Assembly: GCA_964575955.1 (NCBI GenBank)
Contig: CAZNTG010000006.1
Span: 384,001-448,000, forward strand
DNA length: 64,000 nt
Direction: 5' to 3'
Source: an uncultured Thermoproteaceae archaeon
GTDB lineage: Archaea; Thermoproteota; Thermoprotei; Thermoproteales; Thermocladiaceae
Shown here piece after piece: positions 52,257-63,417 of this stretch (position 1 is the stretch's first letter; each line of letters begins with the position of its first letter). The position numbers and the translations under genes are program-made. Under the pieces are notes generated by a model. That model was given only the letters and a program-made list of their open reading frames with translations. It had not been told where the DNA came from and ran no database searches.

Positions 52257-53171
52257 ATGGAGATTAAACTACTAGCATTTGACAGTTTTGGTGTTAGATC
52301 TATGTCAACATTCATACAGACTAGAGATGTCCTTATACATATTGATCCTGCAGTCTCACTCGCACCACAGAGATATAAACTTCCTCCACATAGGAGAGAG
52401 GTTGAAAGATTGCTCGAGTGTGCTAGAGAAATTGAAAAACATGCAAGAGATGCTGAAATAATAATAGTGACACACTACCACTACGATCATCATGATCCAG
52501 GTAAGCTAATTCCAATTGAAATATATAGAAATAAGATAGTCTACATAAAAGATCCACAAAACAAGATTAATAGAAGTCAAATGCAAAGAGCTTCAAGATT
52601 TCTATCATTAGTAAAACAGGTTGCTAAAGAGATAAAAATTGCTGAAGGAAGTGTTATAACTATAGGTAGGACAACTATAAAGATATCTCAGGCAGTACCT
52701 CACGGTGTTAATGATAGATTAGGATATGTTGTTGAAGTATCTATACATGATGGTGAAATGAAAATTCTATACACATCAGATGTTGAAGGTCCACCACTAG
52801 AAGAGCAGGTAAAGTATATACTTGAAGAGAAGCCTGACATAGTGATACTTGATGGACCTATGACATATATGCTAGGTTTTAGATATAGTAAAAAAGCACT
52901 TGAAGCAAGTATACAAAATATTAAGAAGATTATTGATATCGGTGTCAAAACTATAGTAATAGATCACCACTTCATGAGAGATATAAAGTATAGAGAGAGA
53001 CTTGGAGATGTGTATAAATATGCTGAAGAGAGAGGTGTTAAAGTTATGTGTGCTGCAGAATTTATGAATAGACCAATAGAGATGCTTGAAGCACTTAGAG
53101 ATAAGCTATATCAGGAGGAGAATGCTCCTGGAAATATTCCTGAAAATATTAAAGAAATTCTCGAAGAGTAA
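52257..53171 (+). CDS. metallo-beta-lactamase fold hydrolase (UPF0282-like)
   Basis: DS.GVRSM, THYHYDH, SDVEGP, DHH..RD. Confidence 0.88.
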   Translation: MEIKLLAFDSFGVRSMSTFIQTRDVLIHIDPAVSLAPQRYKLPPHRREVERLLECAREIEKHARDAEIIIVTHYHYDHHDPGKLIPIEIYRNKIVYIKDPQNKINRSQMQRASRFLSLVKQVAKEIKIAEGSVITIGRTTIKISQAVPHGVNDRLGYVVEVSIHDGEMKILYTSDVEGPPLEEQVKYILEEKPDIVILDGPMTYMLGFRYSKKALEASIQNIKKIIDIGVKTIVIDHHFMRDIKYRERLGDVYKYAEERGVKVMCAAEFMNRPIEMLEALRDKLYQEENAPGNIPENIKEILEE

Positions 53172-53255
53172 TACATGAGGTATAGTTTTTTAAACGCTTC
53201 TCAATACTAAGACCTTTACTGAAGGGTTTATACGCTTCTGAAACACGTATAACAC

Positions 53256-53588
53256 ATGGGAACGAAATCTCTAACTCCAGAGGAGATAATTAGAGAGTTT
53301 GTTAGATTTCTAGACTTACTTTCACAAGAATCGATACATGTAAAGATAATTATAGCATTAGCAAGAAGAGGTTGTCTATCACTTAGAGGAATTGCTAGAG
53401 AAGTTGGAATGGCACCAAAAAATGTTAGAAAGTATTTAGAAAAGTTGGAGAGTCTTGGAATTATAGCATGTATAAAGCCAAGTAGAAGGATGTTTCTATA
53501 TAGACTTAGTGATGAGTACTCATGGTTACAGGAGCTTATTAAAAGAGTAGAAGATCAAGCAAAACCAATACCAAGACCTACAAGCTAG
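53256..53588 (+). CDS. winged-helix transcriptional regulator
   Basis: SLRGIAREVGM...NVRKYLEKL...GII. Confidence 0.8.
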   Translation: MGTKSLTPEEIIREFVRFLDLLSQESIHVKIIIALARRGCLSLRGIAREVGMAPKNVRKYLEKLESLGIIACIKPSRRMFLYRLSDEYSWLQELIKRVEDQAKPIPRPTS

Positions 53589-53593
53589 AACTA

Positions 53594-53854
53594 CTATCTA
53601 GATGAAGTTAACATTCTAGTAAATGCTTGATAAGATTCTTCAGTAGGTAGTGGAATTTGTATAAGAAACATATACTCAACATCTCTAACTTCTCTATACG
53701 CAAACTTTAGAGCTTCATCTCTACTATCAAAAACATGATATTCATCTCTAATAGGAATATACAGTATCCACTTACCCTGTAATTCCTGTTTCATAATAAA
53801 TTCCTTCAAAACTTTATCTAAAAACTTCTCTATCTCTCTCTCAATCCTATCCAT
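53594..53854 (-). CDS. small hypothetical protein (DUF5678-like)
   Basis: GKWI......V.DS..EAL..A pattern. Confidence 0.5.
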   Translation of the reverse strand: MDRIEREIEKFLDKVLKEFIMKQELQGKWILYIPIRDEYHVFDSRDEALKFAYREVRDVEYMFLIQIPLPTEESYQAFTRMLTSSR

Positions 53855-53862
53855 AGCTATAC

Positions 53863-54387
53863 CTATCTAGACTCTACTTCTTTAATAAGTTTTACAATAT
53901 TCTCAAGATTCCTTATTAGACTAATAATCATAAAATTTCTAAGATCTTTAGAATCTATCTTAGATATTATATTGTTAAGTTTTTCAAATTCTTTATTAAC
54001 ATCTTCACCAACTATACACATTCTCAATACTCTATCTATTATGTATGTTATATCTGTTAGATTTTTCTCTAATATAGCCTTCTCATAGTCTATATCAACT
54101 TCATAATTCTTATCTTTGTATATAAATATTCTACATAGTTCATATAGTATGTGATATATTGATGCAATATTTATAAGATCATACTCTCTACCTCTCAATA
54201 TCTCTGTATCTGAGAGTACGTATGTCTTTTCATCATGTATTAGTTGAGATATGATTTTCAACTCTTTCTCTCTATCTCTGAAATCTAGAATTGTCTTAAT
54301 TAGATTTTTGATAGCATTTTCATCTCTATTCTCACTTATCTTCTTTAAAATATCCCTAATATATGATAATAACATGTCTAGATTCAT
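53863..54387 (-). CDS. hypothetical helical protein
   Basis: ORF with host codon usage. Confidence 0.6.
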   Translation of the reverse strand: MNLDMLLSYIRDILKKISENRDENAIKNLIKTILDFRDREKELKIISQLIHDEKTYVLSDTEILRGREYDLINIASIYHILYELCRIFIYKDKNYEVDIDYEKAILEKNLTDITYIIDRVLRMCIVGEDVNKEFEKLNNIISKIDSKDLRNFMIISLIRNLENIVKLIKEVESR

Positions 54388-54443
54388 GTTAGATACTAAG
54401 TAGCTATGTTTTATAAGGCTGATTTATCTAACATAAAATTACA

Positions 54444-55519
54444 GTGAAGATTGAGGAAGTGTATGAGACTGCTTATCAATTATTAATATCTGAAAATGTG
54501 GATGTTGTAGTTAGAGATGCATATCTCAGATATGGTGATGAAGCCTCTAGGATAGTTGAAGAGGCTAAGAAGTTAGTAGATAGATTACTTTCAGAGTATG
54601 GAAGTAGAGAGGATGTTATTAATTTCATAATAATGAATTTTGGGAGTAGTATTGTAGATTTAATAACTTCAAGATTTCCAAATTTTGAAAATGTTATACC
54701 AATAGTTAAGTATTTTAATAAAAATGCACATAGACCTTCACCATATCAGGAAGTTCTATGCGTTGTTAAAGTACTAGAGCTAGACTTAGATATTGATAGC
54801 CTGATCAAGATTGGAGTATTGATGCATGTAGATGAGAATAGTCTAGTAGTACCACACTACTTATCTACATATGATGAGTGTAGTGTAGATATTGAAAATA
54901 TTCTAGATTTAGTATCTCAAGATTATGCAAAACTCTCTATAATTGAAAGTATTGTTGAAAATGTTAAACCAAGTAGAGAGATGTTTCAAATACTCTACGG
55001 TATAGATATTGAGAGTCCTGAACTTTACGAGGTTAGTAGAGTTATGACATATTGTGAATATACTAGCTCTCCAATTCTAAATCCATGTATAGATACTCAT
55101 GAGTTAAGAAGAATATTGCACGAATTTAAACAAGCTCGTGCTAGAAGACTTTTCAGAATTATTGAACCAGGTATGGGACATGTTAAGTATAGTAAGAAGA
55201 TTGGTGCATTAGTAAGTTTCATAATGTTAGGACCTGGAGAACATGGTATTTTGATGTTCATGCCTTGGATAGTTCCTAGTAGAAGAGTTGAAAAATATTA
55301 TGCATCATCTCCAAGACTAATAATAACTTCAATACCATTTAGAAGAGAATTTGCAGAATATTTTCATAATGTGTTAGAAGATACTAAGACTTTTAAAAAT
55401 ACAGCATTCATATTCATACAGGAAGGTGTTTGTTATCTAGTTTCTCCAAGTAGGAGAAGTAGAACTCTAGACTCACTATTAGATATTATATATAGAGCTA
55501 ATCTTGAAGTTCTAGAATT

Positions 55520-55523
<4 letters not shown>
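54444..55523 (+). CDS. hypothetical protein
   Basis: 359-aa ORF coupled to dph6. Confidence 0.7.
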
Positions 55524-56194
<671 letters not shown>

Positions 56195-56209
<15 letters not shown>

Positions 56210-56890
56210 TCTCAAGTCTGAAATTTTCAATCTCTCAACATTTCTACGAAATATCTCCAACTTAACTTTCTTAACATCTGAAATACCTTTAGATGACAAT
56301 GTTTGACTATAGTCAAGCTCAGGAATATCGACAACACATCCTGACATGTATGCTATATGTATAGCTCTATCACCATCTGTAAATCCTGGACAATATTCAA
56401 CATATCTAAATGTATGCACTACCTGACATGTACCACATATATTACAAAATTCTAAATCCTCAATATTATGAAGTTTATCAACATTATCACCATGTGCATG
56501 AACTACAACTATAGGTTTAACATAGTTACAAAACATTTTCAAACATTTAAAGTCTGAATCTAGATCAGTAATTAAGATAACACTATCAATATTCTTAATA
56601 TGATTAATAATTTCACTATTTGAATATAGAAAATCTACAACACTATCAACAACAATAACACAATCATAATCTCTCAATACATACTTAGTAATCTTCAAAA
56701 TACCTCTAGTTGGCATTAATATTAAACATTTACAGTATTTAGACATCTTCAATACTAATTCTCTAAGTCTTACTACACCGTTAGTACAGTCTAGGATATC
56801 ATCTAAAACTTTAGCAGCATAATAATCATCTCTAGTATTTATGAAACCTCTAAGCAAATTCTCAGCCTCTACAACATATATACTATCCAT
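56195..56890 (-). CDS. mptE: 6-hydroxymethyl-7,8-dihydropterin pyrophosphokinase-like (DUF115)
   Basis: TDLD, VVHAHGDN, GFTDGDRA, K..KL. Confidence 0.75.
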
Positions 56891-56941
56891 ACGATAACTT
56901 AAGAAAGTTTATCAATTTTAGAAATTTATAACTATGCCACT

Positions 56942-57109
56942 ATGAGCGAAAGTTATGTAATATGCTTCTTCTGCCTTAGAAGAGTTCCATATAGCTATGT
57001 TAAAGTTATAGATCTGAAAATTCCACATATAGACATGAAATTTAGGGTATACATATGTCAAGACTGTGTCAAAAAACATAAAGATAAAATCTTAAAAACA
57101 CATCTTTAA
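56942..57109 (+). CDS. 55-aa zinc-finger microprotein (not in ORF track)
   Basis: my translation MSESYVICFFCLRR...VYICQDCVKKHKDKILKTHL*; two CxxC; TTTATAA ~25 nt upstream. Confidence 0.7.
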   Translation: MSESYVICFFCLRRVPYSYVKVIDLKIPHIDMKFRVYICQDCVKKHKDKILKTHL

Positions 57110-57767
57110 TATCGTGGAAATTTTCTATAAAGCTTCTCAATTTCCATATAGGAATTATTAAGATATTTAGATTCATATTCAATACATGTTCATGTACGGT
57201 AATTATTGTAGGATATATCTCGTAAATACCACTCTTTAAGCCAAGTCTAGTAATTAATTCTTGTCTAAACTTCTTACACAAACTCTCAATACTATTAACA
57301 TAGTCTAATATATCACTTACCTTAATTCTAGATTTTAAATATCTCTTAGCATCTATCATAAATATATAACTATCTTTTATAGCAATCATATCAACCTCAA
57401 ATCTATGTGAATTTATTGGAAATCTAACCTTATGTATAACATTAAAGTTAAATTCTCTAAAGATAATCTTGATAAGCTTTTCAAAATCATTCCAACTCAA
57501 ATCTCTACTTATCCTCTCCAAATCTATCATATATCCAAATTTTAACAACTTTACCATAATGCTAGCTTTATCTTCTTTCAAGATTATTGTATTATTCTTA
57601 ATCTCAACTATGCCTATCTTCTCAATATCTTTCAAAGTTTCTAATGTTAATTCTTCATCTATCTTTAATTCTCTTACTATATCTTCAATATTTATTGTGG
57701 AATTTCTCTCATGCTTTAACAATTTTGTAATTATCTTATTTAGAATTCTCTTTTTGAGATTATTCAA
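57069..57767 (-). CDS. wHTH plus Mrr-like restriction endonuclease domain protein
   Basis: LSW.DFE, EVD.IA, IDAKRY PD-(D/E)XK motif; N-terminal wHTH. Confidence 0.8.
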   Translation of the reverse strand: MNNLKKRILNKIITKLLKHERNSTINIEDIVRELKIDEELTLETLKDIEKIGIVEIKNNTIILKEDKASIMVKLLKFGYMIDLERISRDLSWNDFEKLIKIIFREFNFNVIHKVRFPINSHRFEVDMIAIKDSYIFMIDAKRYLKSRIKVSDILDYVNSIESLCKKFRQELITRLGLKSGIYEIYPTIITVHEHVLNMNLNILIIPIWKLRSFIENFHDIKDVFLRFYLYVF

Positions 57768-57818
57768 GATTTATAATTTTAAGAAAGAAAGTGTTTGGAG
57801 AATATATTATTGAGTGTT

Positions 57819-58265
57819 TTACTTCTTGAGTTTTGGAACTTCTGGTACTCCAAGCTTCTCTGGTTCGTGGCTTAGTACTGGTTCTTTGAGCTTTGCTGGG
57901 TCTGGTTCTGGATATTCTTGTGGTGCTTTTATTGATCCCCATGGTGTTGTTCTTATAACCATCTTAAATCTTAATACTTTTCCTGATCTGTAGATTACGG
58001 TCCACATTATTGAGTCTGTACCTCTCATTGGTACTAATCTACCTCCAAGTGGTGCAACATCTGTATAGTGTCTAATCTCGATTGCTCCCTGTGGACACAT
58101 CTTTGCACATGAGAAGCATTCCCAACACATGTCTGGCTCTATGTTATATGATTTTCCTGTTGTTTTGTCAAGGTGCATTAGATCGTTTGGACATATGTAG
58201 TTACATGCTGGTACTGCAAGTGCTTTACAACCGTCACATTTCTCTGGATTAACTACAGGGGGCAT
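57819..58265 (-). CDS. aprB: adenylylsulfate reductase beta subunit
   Basis: KCDGCK...AC.YICPNDLM, EPDMCWEC.SC.K.CPQGAI, WT...RSG...RFK..IRTTPWGS. Confidence 0.97.
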   Translation of the reverse strand: MPPVVNPEKCDGCKALAVPACNYICPNDLMHLDKTTGKSYNIEPDMCWECFSCAKMCPQGAIEIRHYTDVAPLGGRLVPMRGTDSIMWTVIYRSGKVLRFKMVIRTTPWGSIKAPQEYPEPDPAKLKEPVLSHEPEKLGVPEVPKLKK

Positions 58266-58372
58266 TGTTGTGATATGTGTAGTCTATTGCTTTTAAGCTT
58301 CTTCCTCTTCGTGTAAAGGAGACATGTGATGGTAATAGTTAAATGAATTAATCAAGATTTAGGGTATCAAGT

Positions 58373-60244
58373 ATGCCATATCCAACAGGTGTAGAAAAGG
58401 TAGAGTGTGACATTCTAATAATAGGAGGTGGAATGTCAGGATGTGGAGCTGCATATGAGGCAAAGTATTGGGGTAGAAAGCTAAAGGTAGTTCTCGTAGA
58501 GAAGGCAGCAACAGAGAGAAGTGGTGCAGTAGCTGCAGGATTATCAGCAATTAACCTATACCTAGGAATGAGATGGGGTGAGAATACACCAGAAGACTAT
58601 GTTAGATATGTGAGAAACGACTTGATGGGTATTGTTAGAGAAGACCTAGTATATGACGTAGCTAGACATGTAGACTCAACAGTACACCTATTCGAAGAGT
58701 GGGGTCTACCAATCTACAAGGATCCAAAAACTGGTAGATATCTAAGAGAGGGTAGATGGCAGGTACTGATATCAGGAGAGTCATACAAGCCAATTGTTGC
58801 AGAGGCAGCAAAGAAGGCTGTAGATGCACTATATGAGAGAGTATTCATAACACATCTCCTACCTGACAAGAACAATCCAAGAAGAGTAGCTGGAGCAATA
58901 GGATTTGGTGTTAGAGATGGAAAGCTCTACATATTCCTAGCAAAGGCAGTAATAATGGCAGCAGGAGGAGCAGTACACATATTCAGACCAAGATCACATG
59001 GTGAAGGTATGGGTAGAACATGGTATCCACCATGGGACAGTGGTAGCTCATATGCAATGATGATAATGATGGGTGCAGAGATGACACAGATGGAGAATAG
59101 ATTCGTACCAATGAGATTCAAGGACGGTTATGGACCAGTAGGTGCATACTTCCTATTCCTAAAGTGTAAGGCAACAAATGCAATGGGTGAAGACTACTTT
59201 GCAAAGGGTGTCGAGAAGTTAAAGCAGATGAAGGACAAGTATGGACCATATGTAGAAGCAACACCACTACCAACATGTCTAAGAAACCACATAATGCTAG
59301 AAGAATTGAAGGAGGGTAGAGGACCAATATTCATGAGACATGACTTAGCAATTAAGGAGGTAGCAGATCCAAAGGAGAGAGCAGCTAGAGAGAGATGGTG
59401 TTGGGAGGACTTCCTAGACATGACACCATCACAGGCACTATTATGGGCATGTATGAACATAGACCCAGCTGAGAAACCATCAGAGCTAATGGTAGCTGAG
59501 CCATACATCATGGGTTCACACGCAGGATGTGCAGGAGCATGGGTAAGCGGTCCAGAAGACATAGCACCACCAGAATACCAGTTCGCATATAACAGAATGA
59601 CAACAATCGAAGGACTATTCGCATGTGGTGACGCTGTAGGTGCATCAGCACACAAGTTCTCAAGCGGATCATTCACAGAGGGTAGAATCGCAGGTAAGTC
59701 TGCAGTAAGATTTGTAGTTGAGAAAGCAGCAGACTACAAGCCAGAGGTTGATGAACAGCTAATTGAGAATCTAAAGGTCAAGATATTTGAACCATTAGAG
59801 AGATATGAGAAGGGTAAGGCAACAACAACAAGACCAGACCTATCATTTGAGTACATACTACCACAGCAAGGATTAAGAAGACTACACAAGATAATGGACG
59901 AGTATGCAGCAGGATACTCAATGTGGTACACAACAAACGAGCCAATGCTACAGAGAGGTCTAGAGCTAGTACTAATGCTTAAGGAAGACCTTGAGAAGCT
60001 AGGTGCAAGAGACCTACACGACCTGATGAGATGTTGGGAGCTAGTACACAGAGTATGGACAGCAGAAGCACACATAAGACACATGCTATTTAGAAAAGAG
60101 ACAAGATGGCCAGGATACTACTATAGAGCAGACTATCCAAATGTTGATGACCAGAACTGGAAGTGCTTCGTAAACTCAGTATACGATCCAAAGACTGGTG
60201 AGTGGAAGCTATTCACAAGACCATACATACAGCTAGTACCATAA
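58373..60244 (+). CDS. aprA: adenylylsulfate reductase alpha subunit
   Basis: RSGAVA.GLSAIN.Y, GESYKPIVAEAAK, RFKDGYGPVGA, HKFSSGSFTEGR, ETRWPGYYYR.D. Confidence 0.98.
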   Translation: MPYPTGVEKVECDILIIGGGMSGCGAAYEAKYWGRKLKVVLVEKAATERSGAVAAGLSAINLYLGMRWGENTPEDYVRYVRNDLMGIVREDLVYDVARHVDSTVHLFEEWGLPIYKDPKTGRYLREGRWQVLISGESYKPIVAEAAKKAVDALYERVFITHLLPDKNNPRRVAGAIGFGVRDGKLYIFLAKAVIMAAGGAVHIFRPRSHGEGMGRTWYPPWDSGSSYAMMIMMGAEMTQMENRFVPMRFKDGYGPVGAYFLFLKCKATNAMGEDYFAKGVEKLKQMKDKYGPYVEATPLPTCLRNHIMLEELKEGRGPIFMRHDLAIKEVADPKERAARERWCWEDFLDMTPSQALLWACMNIDPAEKPSELMVAEPYIMGSHAGCAGAWVSGPEDIAPPEYQFAYNRMTTIEGLFACGDAVGASAHKFSSGSFTEGRIAGKSAVRFVVEKAADYKPEVDEQLIENLKVKIFEPLERYEKGKATTTRPDLSFEYILPQQGLRRLHKIMDEYAAGYSMWYTTNEPMLQRGLELVLMLKEDLEKLGARDLHDLMRCWELVHRVWTAEAHIRHMLFRKETRWPGYYYRADYPNVDDQNWKCFVNSVYDPKTGEWKLFTRPYIQLVP

Positions 60245-60369
60245 AAACAGAAGTCTAAACTACAAAAACTCTACATATATTTCAATCTTCATAATTTTCT
60301 TAATTACTAATCTTCTAGATATCTTTCTGAGTATTCTTTTTAAACCTCTAACATGACTATAATCTAGGT

Positions 60370-60765
60370 ATGAGTACAAGTCCTGAAGCTTATGTTTCAG
60401 AAGCAGCTATTCTAGATCTGAGTAAGGAGTTTGATGAGGAGTTGTATAAGGCATTTATTAAGAGGTATGGGATCGATTTTAAGGCATGTATGCAATGTGC
60501 GACATGTGTATCAGTATGTCCACTATCTGACATAGTTCCTGGAATGCCTAGACTAGACATGCTTCTTGCAGGTCTTGGACTTTTTAATGAGATTGCACGT
60601 AGATTATCACCATGGATATGTGATCAATGTATGGAATGTTCTAGAAATTGTCCACGTAGAGCAAATCCTGCTAAGATTCTTGCAGCTCTTAGAGAGATCT
60701 TAACAGCAATGTACGATCCTACTGGAATTACTAAGCGTGTAATTCTTGGTAGAGCTAAGAAGTAG
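60370..60765 (+). CDS. QmoC/HdrC-like 2x[4Fe-4S] soluble domain (stand-alone)
   Basis: CMQCATC...CPLS, PR..ML.A.LG, W.C.QC..CS..CPR.A.P..I.AALR. Confidence 0.85.
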   Translation: MSTSPEAYVSEAAILDLSKEFDEELYKAFIKRYGIDFKACMQCATCVSVCPLSDIVPGMPRLDMLLAGLGLFNEIARRLSPWICDQCMECSRNCPRRANPAKILAALREILTAMYDPTGITKRVILGRAKK

Positions 60766-60818
60766 GTTTAGTATTGATAAAACTAAAAAATAGTTTAGAC
60801 TTAACATCTACGAGTTAC

Positions 60819-63290
60819 ATGACTAAAGTTGGAGTTTATATATGTACTTGTAGAGCTGTTACAGAAGTTATAGACGTGAATAAGCTTGCTGAAGATGTTA
60901 AGAAGATTGAAGGTGTTGAACTTGTAAAATTCATAAAGTCATGCTACGACTATGATGAGATTATTAAAGATTTACAGGAGAAGAGGATTGAGCGTGTAGT
61001 AATTGCAGGTTGTTCTCCAAGATATGTTCTAGATATTGCAAGAGAGAGAATTACACTAGCAGTACCTGACATAAGTCCATTATGGATTGAGGTAGCACCA
61101 ATACGTGAACAGGCAGCATGGGCATTTAGAAATGATAGACAGAGAGCTCAAGAAGCTGCATTAACATACATAAAGGCATATGTATCGAGAGTAAAAGCTG
61201 CAGAATACATACCTAGAGAAGTTGAGGTTGAGAGAGTTAGAAGAGCATTAGTGATAGGTGCAGGTATTGCTGGACTTACAGCAGCTGTAGATTTAGCAGA
61301 TATGGGTATAGAAGTCATAGTTGTTGAGAAGAGACCATATGTAGGTGGTAAAGTCGTACAATTAGCAAGGTACTTCCCAAAGATGTGTCCACCATACTGT
61401 GGTATAGAGTTCATACTTGGAAGACTTAAAGCAAGAGCAAACCCACTCATAAAGATATACACAAATGCAGAAGTACTAGAAGTATATGGATCACCAGGAA
61501 AGTTCAAGGCTAAGATTAGAGTTAATCCAAGATATGTAGATCCTGAGAAGTGTTTAGCATGTGGTAAATGTAGTGAAGTATGTCCTGTAGAAGTACCAAA
61601 CGAGTTTGATTTTGGACTATCTAAGAGAAAGGCAATATACCTACCTCACGAACTTGCATGGCCATATGCACATGTTGTAGATCCTGAAAATTGTCTAGAA
61701 ATTAAGAATCCCGGATCATGTGGTAAGTGTATTGAAGTCTGTCAATCAGGTGCTATAAATCTGAAAGAGCAGCCTAGAGAATTTGAAGTTGAGGTTGGTG
61801 CTGTAATCGTAGCAACAGGATGGGAGCCTTACGATGCTAAGAAGCTTGAACATCTAGGATATGGAAAGTATCCAAATGTCATAACTAACGTACAGATGGA
61901 GAGACTACTAGCACCAAATGGACCGACTAAAGGTGAGGTTATAGTTCCAGGTCTTGGTAGAAAGCCTAGGAAGATAGTATTTATACAATGTGCAGGTCAG
62001 AGAGATGAGAATCATCTACCATACTGTAGTGCTGTATGCTGTGCAGCAACTGTGAAGCAGGCAATTACAATAGCTGAGAGATGTCCAGATACTCAAATCT
62101 ACATATTCTACATTGACGTAAGAACATTCGGACTCTACGAACTATTCTACAAACAGGCAGGTAAGTATCCAAACATATTCTTCATACGTGGCAGAGCTTG
62201 GAAAGTTGAGCAAGATCCAGCTACTGGAGAACTTGTAGTATATGCTGAAGATACAATACTTGGAAGAAAGGTCTCAGTTAGAGCTGACCTAGTAGTACTA
62301 GCTGTGGGTATGGTACCATCATTGAGAGTTAATCCACCATCATGGTATAAGTCAGGTGTTGGTAGATCATGGGAGCAGGAACTACTACAAATACCAAGAC
62401 ATCAGTACTTCGTTGAGAGTGACTACATATGCTTCCCAATGGAGACTAAGAGAACTGGAATATATGCATGTGGATGTGCTATGTGGCCAATGGATGTTCA
62501 GACTAGTGTAGCAACAGCACATGCAGCAGCTATGAGAGCTGCATCAGTAATACTTGGAAAGGCTAGAACAGAATACTCATATCTAACAGATCCAAACCAG
62601 ATAAAGATAGAGACTATAAAGTGTACACAATGTAAGAGATGTACTGAAGAATGTCCATTTGACACATACTCATTCGATGAACGTGGATATCCAAAACCTG
62701 ACCCATTGAAATGTAGAAGATGTGGTATATGTGTTGGTGCATGTCCAGCAGTTGCACTATCATTACCATATCACAACACTGAGCTAATAATGAGCATGAT
62801 TAAGAGTATAGATATCAAGTCTGACAAGCCACAGGTAATAGTGTTTGCATGTGTAAATGATGCATATGCATCACTAGACATAGCACTTAGACAAGGTAAG
62901 ACACTACCACCAGAAGTTGAGTTGGTAATACCTGTACCATGTATAGGTAGTGTAAACATGAGATGGGTAACTGATGCACTATCACTAGGATTTGACGGTA
63001 TACTACTACTAGGATGTAGAAGTGGCGAAGCAACAGCAACACAGCAATGCCACTTCATTAGAGGACCCGACTTAGAGAGAACTAGAATAGAGAACTTGAG
63101 AGATACATTACAGAAGATGATGATTGAACCAGAGAGAGTTAAACTTGTAGAGATAACATTAGAAGACTATAACAAGGTTGTGGAAGTAATACGTGACTTC
63201 GTTGAGCAGATAAAGAAGATGGGTCTAAACCCAATGAAGCAGTTTGCTGGAGGTGCTGGAATGGAGTACGGATTTGGATACACATTCTAA
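60819..63290 (+). CDS. HdrA-family flavoprotein, QmoA/QmoB mosaic with MvhD-like C-terminal domain
   Basis: GVYIC/AGCSPR N-domain, FAD motif, YFPKMCPPYCG, QCAG.RDENHLPYCS, ICFP.ET.RTGIY, CTQCKRCTEECPF, NDAY..C.GSVN..CHF; ATG 60819 likely start. Confidence 0.9.
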   Translation: MTKVGVYICTCRAVTEVIDVNKLAEDVKKIEGVELVKFIKSCYDYDEIIKDLQEKRIERVVIAGCSPRYVLDIARERITLAVPDISPLWIEVAPIREQAAWAFRNDRQRAQEAALTYIKAYVSRVKAAEYIPREVEVERVRRALVIGAGIAGLTAAVDLADMGIEVIVVEKRPYVGGKVVQLARYFPKMCPPYCGIEFILGRLKARANPLIKIYTNAEVLEVYGSPGKFKAKIRVNPRYVDPEKCLACGKCSEVCPVEVPNEFDFGLSKRKAIYLPHELAWPYAHVVDPENCLEIKNPGSCGKCIEVCQSGAINLKEQPREFEVEVGAVIVATGWEPYDAKKLEHLGYGKYPNVITNVQMERLLAPNGPTKGEVIVPGLGRKPRKIVFIQCAGQRDENHLPYCSAVCCAATVKQAITIAERCPDTQIYIFYIDVRTFGLYELFYKQAGKYPNIFFIRGRAWKVEQDPATGELVVYAEDTILGRKVSVRADLVVLAVGMVPSLRVNPPSWYKSGVGRSWEQELLQIPRHQYFVESDYICFPMETKRTGIYACGCAMWPMDVQTSVATAHAAAMRAASVILGKARTEYSYLTDPNQIKIETIKCTQCKRCTEECPFDTYSFDERGYPKPDPLKCRRCGICVGACPAVALSLPYHNTELIMSMIKSIDIKSDKPQVIVFACVNDAYASLDIALRQGKTLPPEVELVIPVPCIGSVNMRWVTDALSLGFDGILLLGCRSGEATATQQCHFIRGPDLERTRIENLRDTLQKMMIEPERVKLVEITLEDYNKVVEVIRDFVEQIKKMGLNPMKQFAGGAGMEYGFGYTF

Positions 63291-63417
63291 AAATAATTAT
63301 TTAAGGTATTAATAACACTATGATACATACTAATAAATTAAACATTCTATCTCTTTTCAGTTTCATATGTATCTCACATGTTAATATTTTAATAATGTAA
63401 AACAACTTCTACTCGGC

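Noticed and set aside
59118-60084. Minus-strand ORFs inside aprA (and similar ones inside the Qmo, Lhr and pyrG genes)
   Set aside because: Antisense shadows caused by biased codon usage
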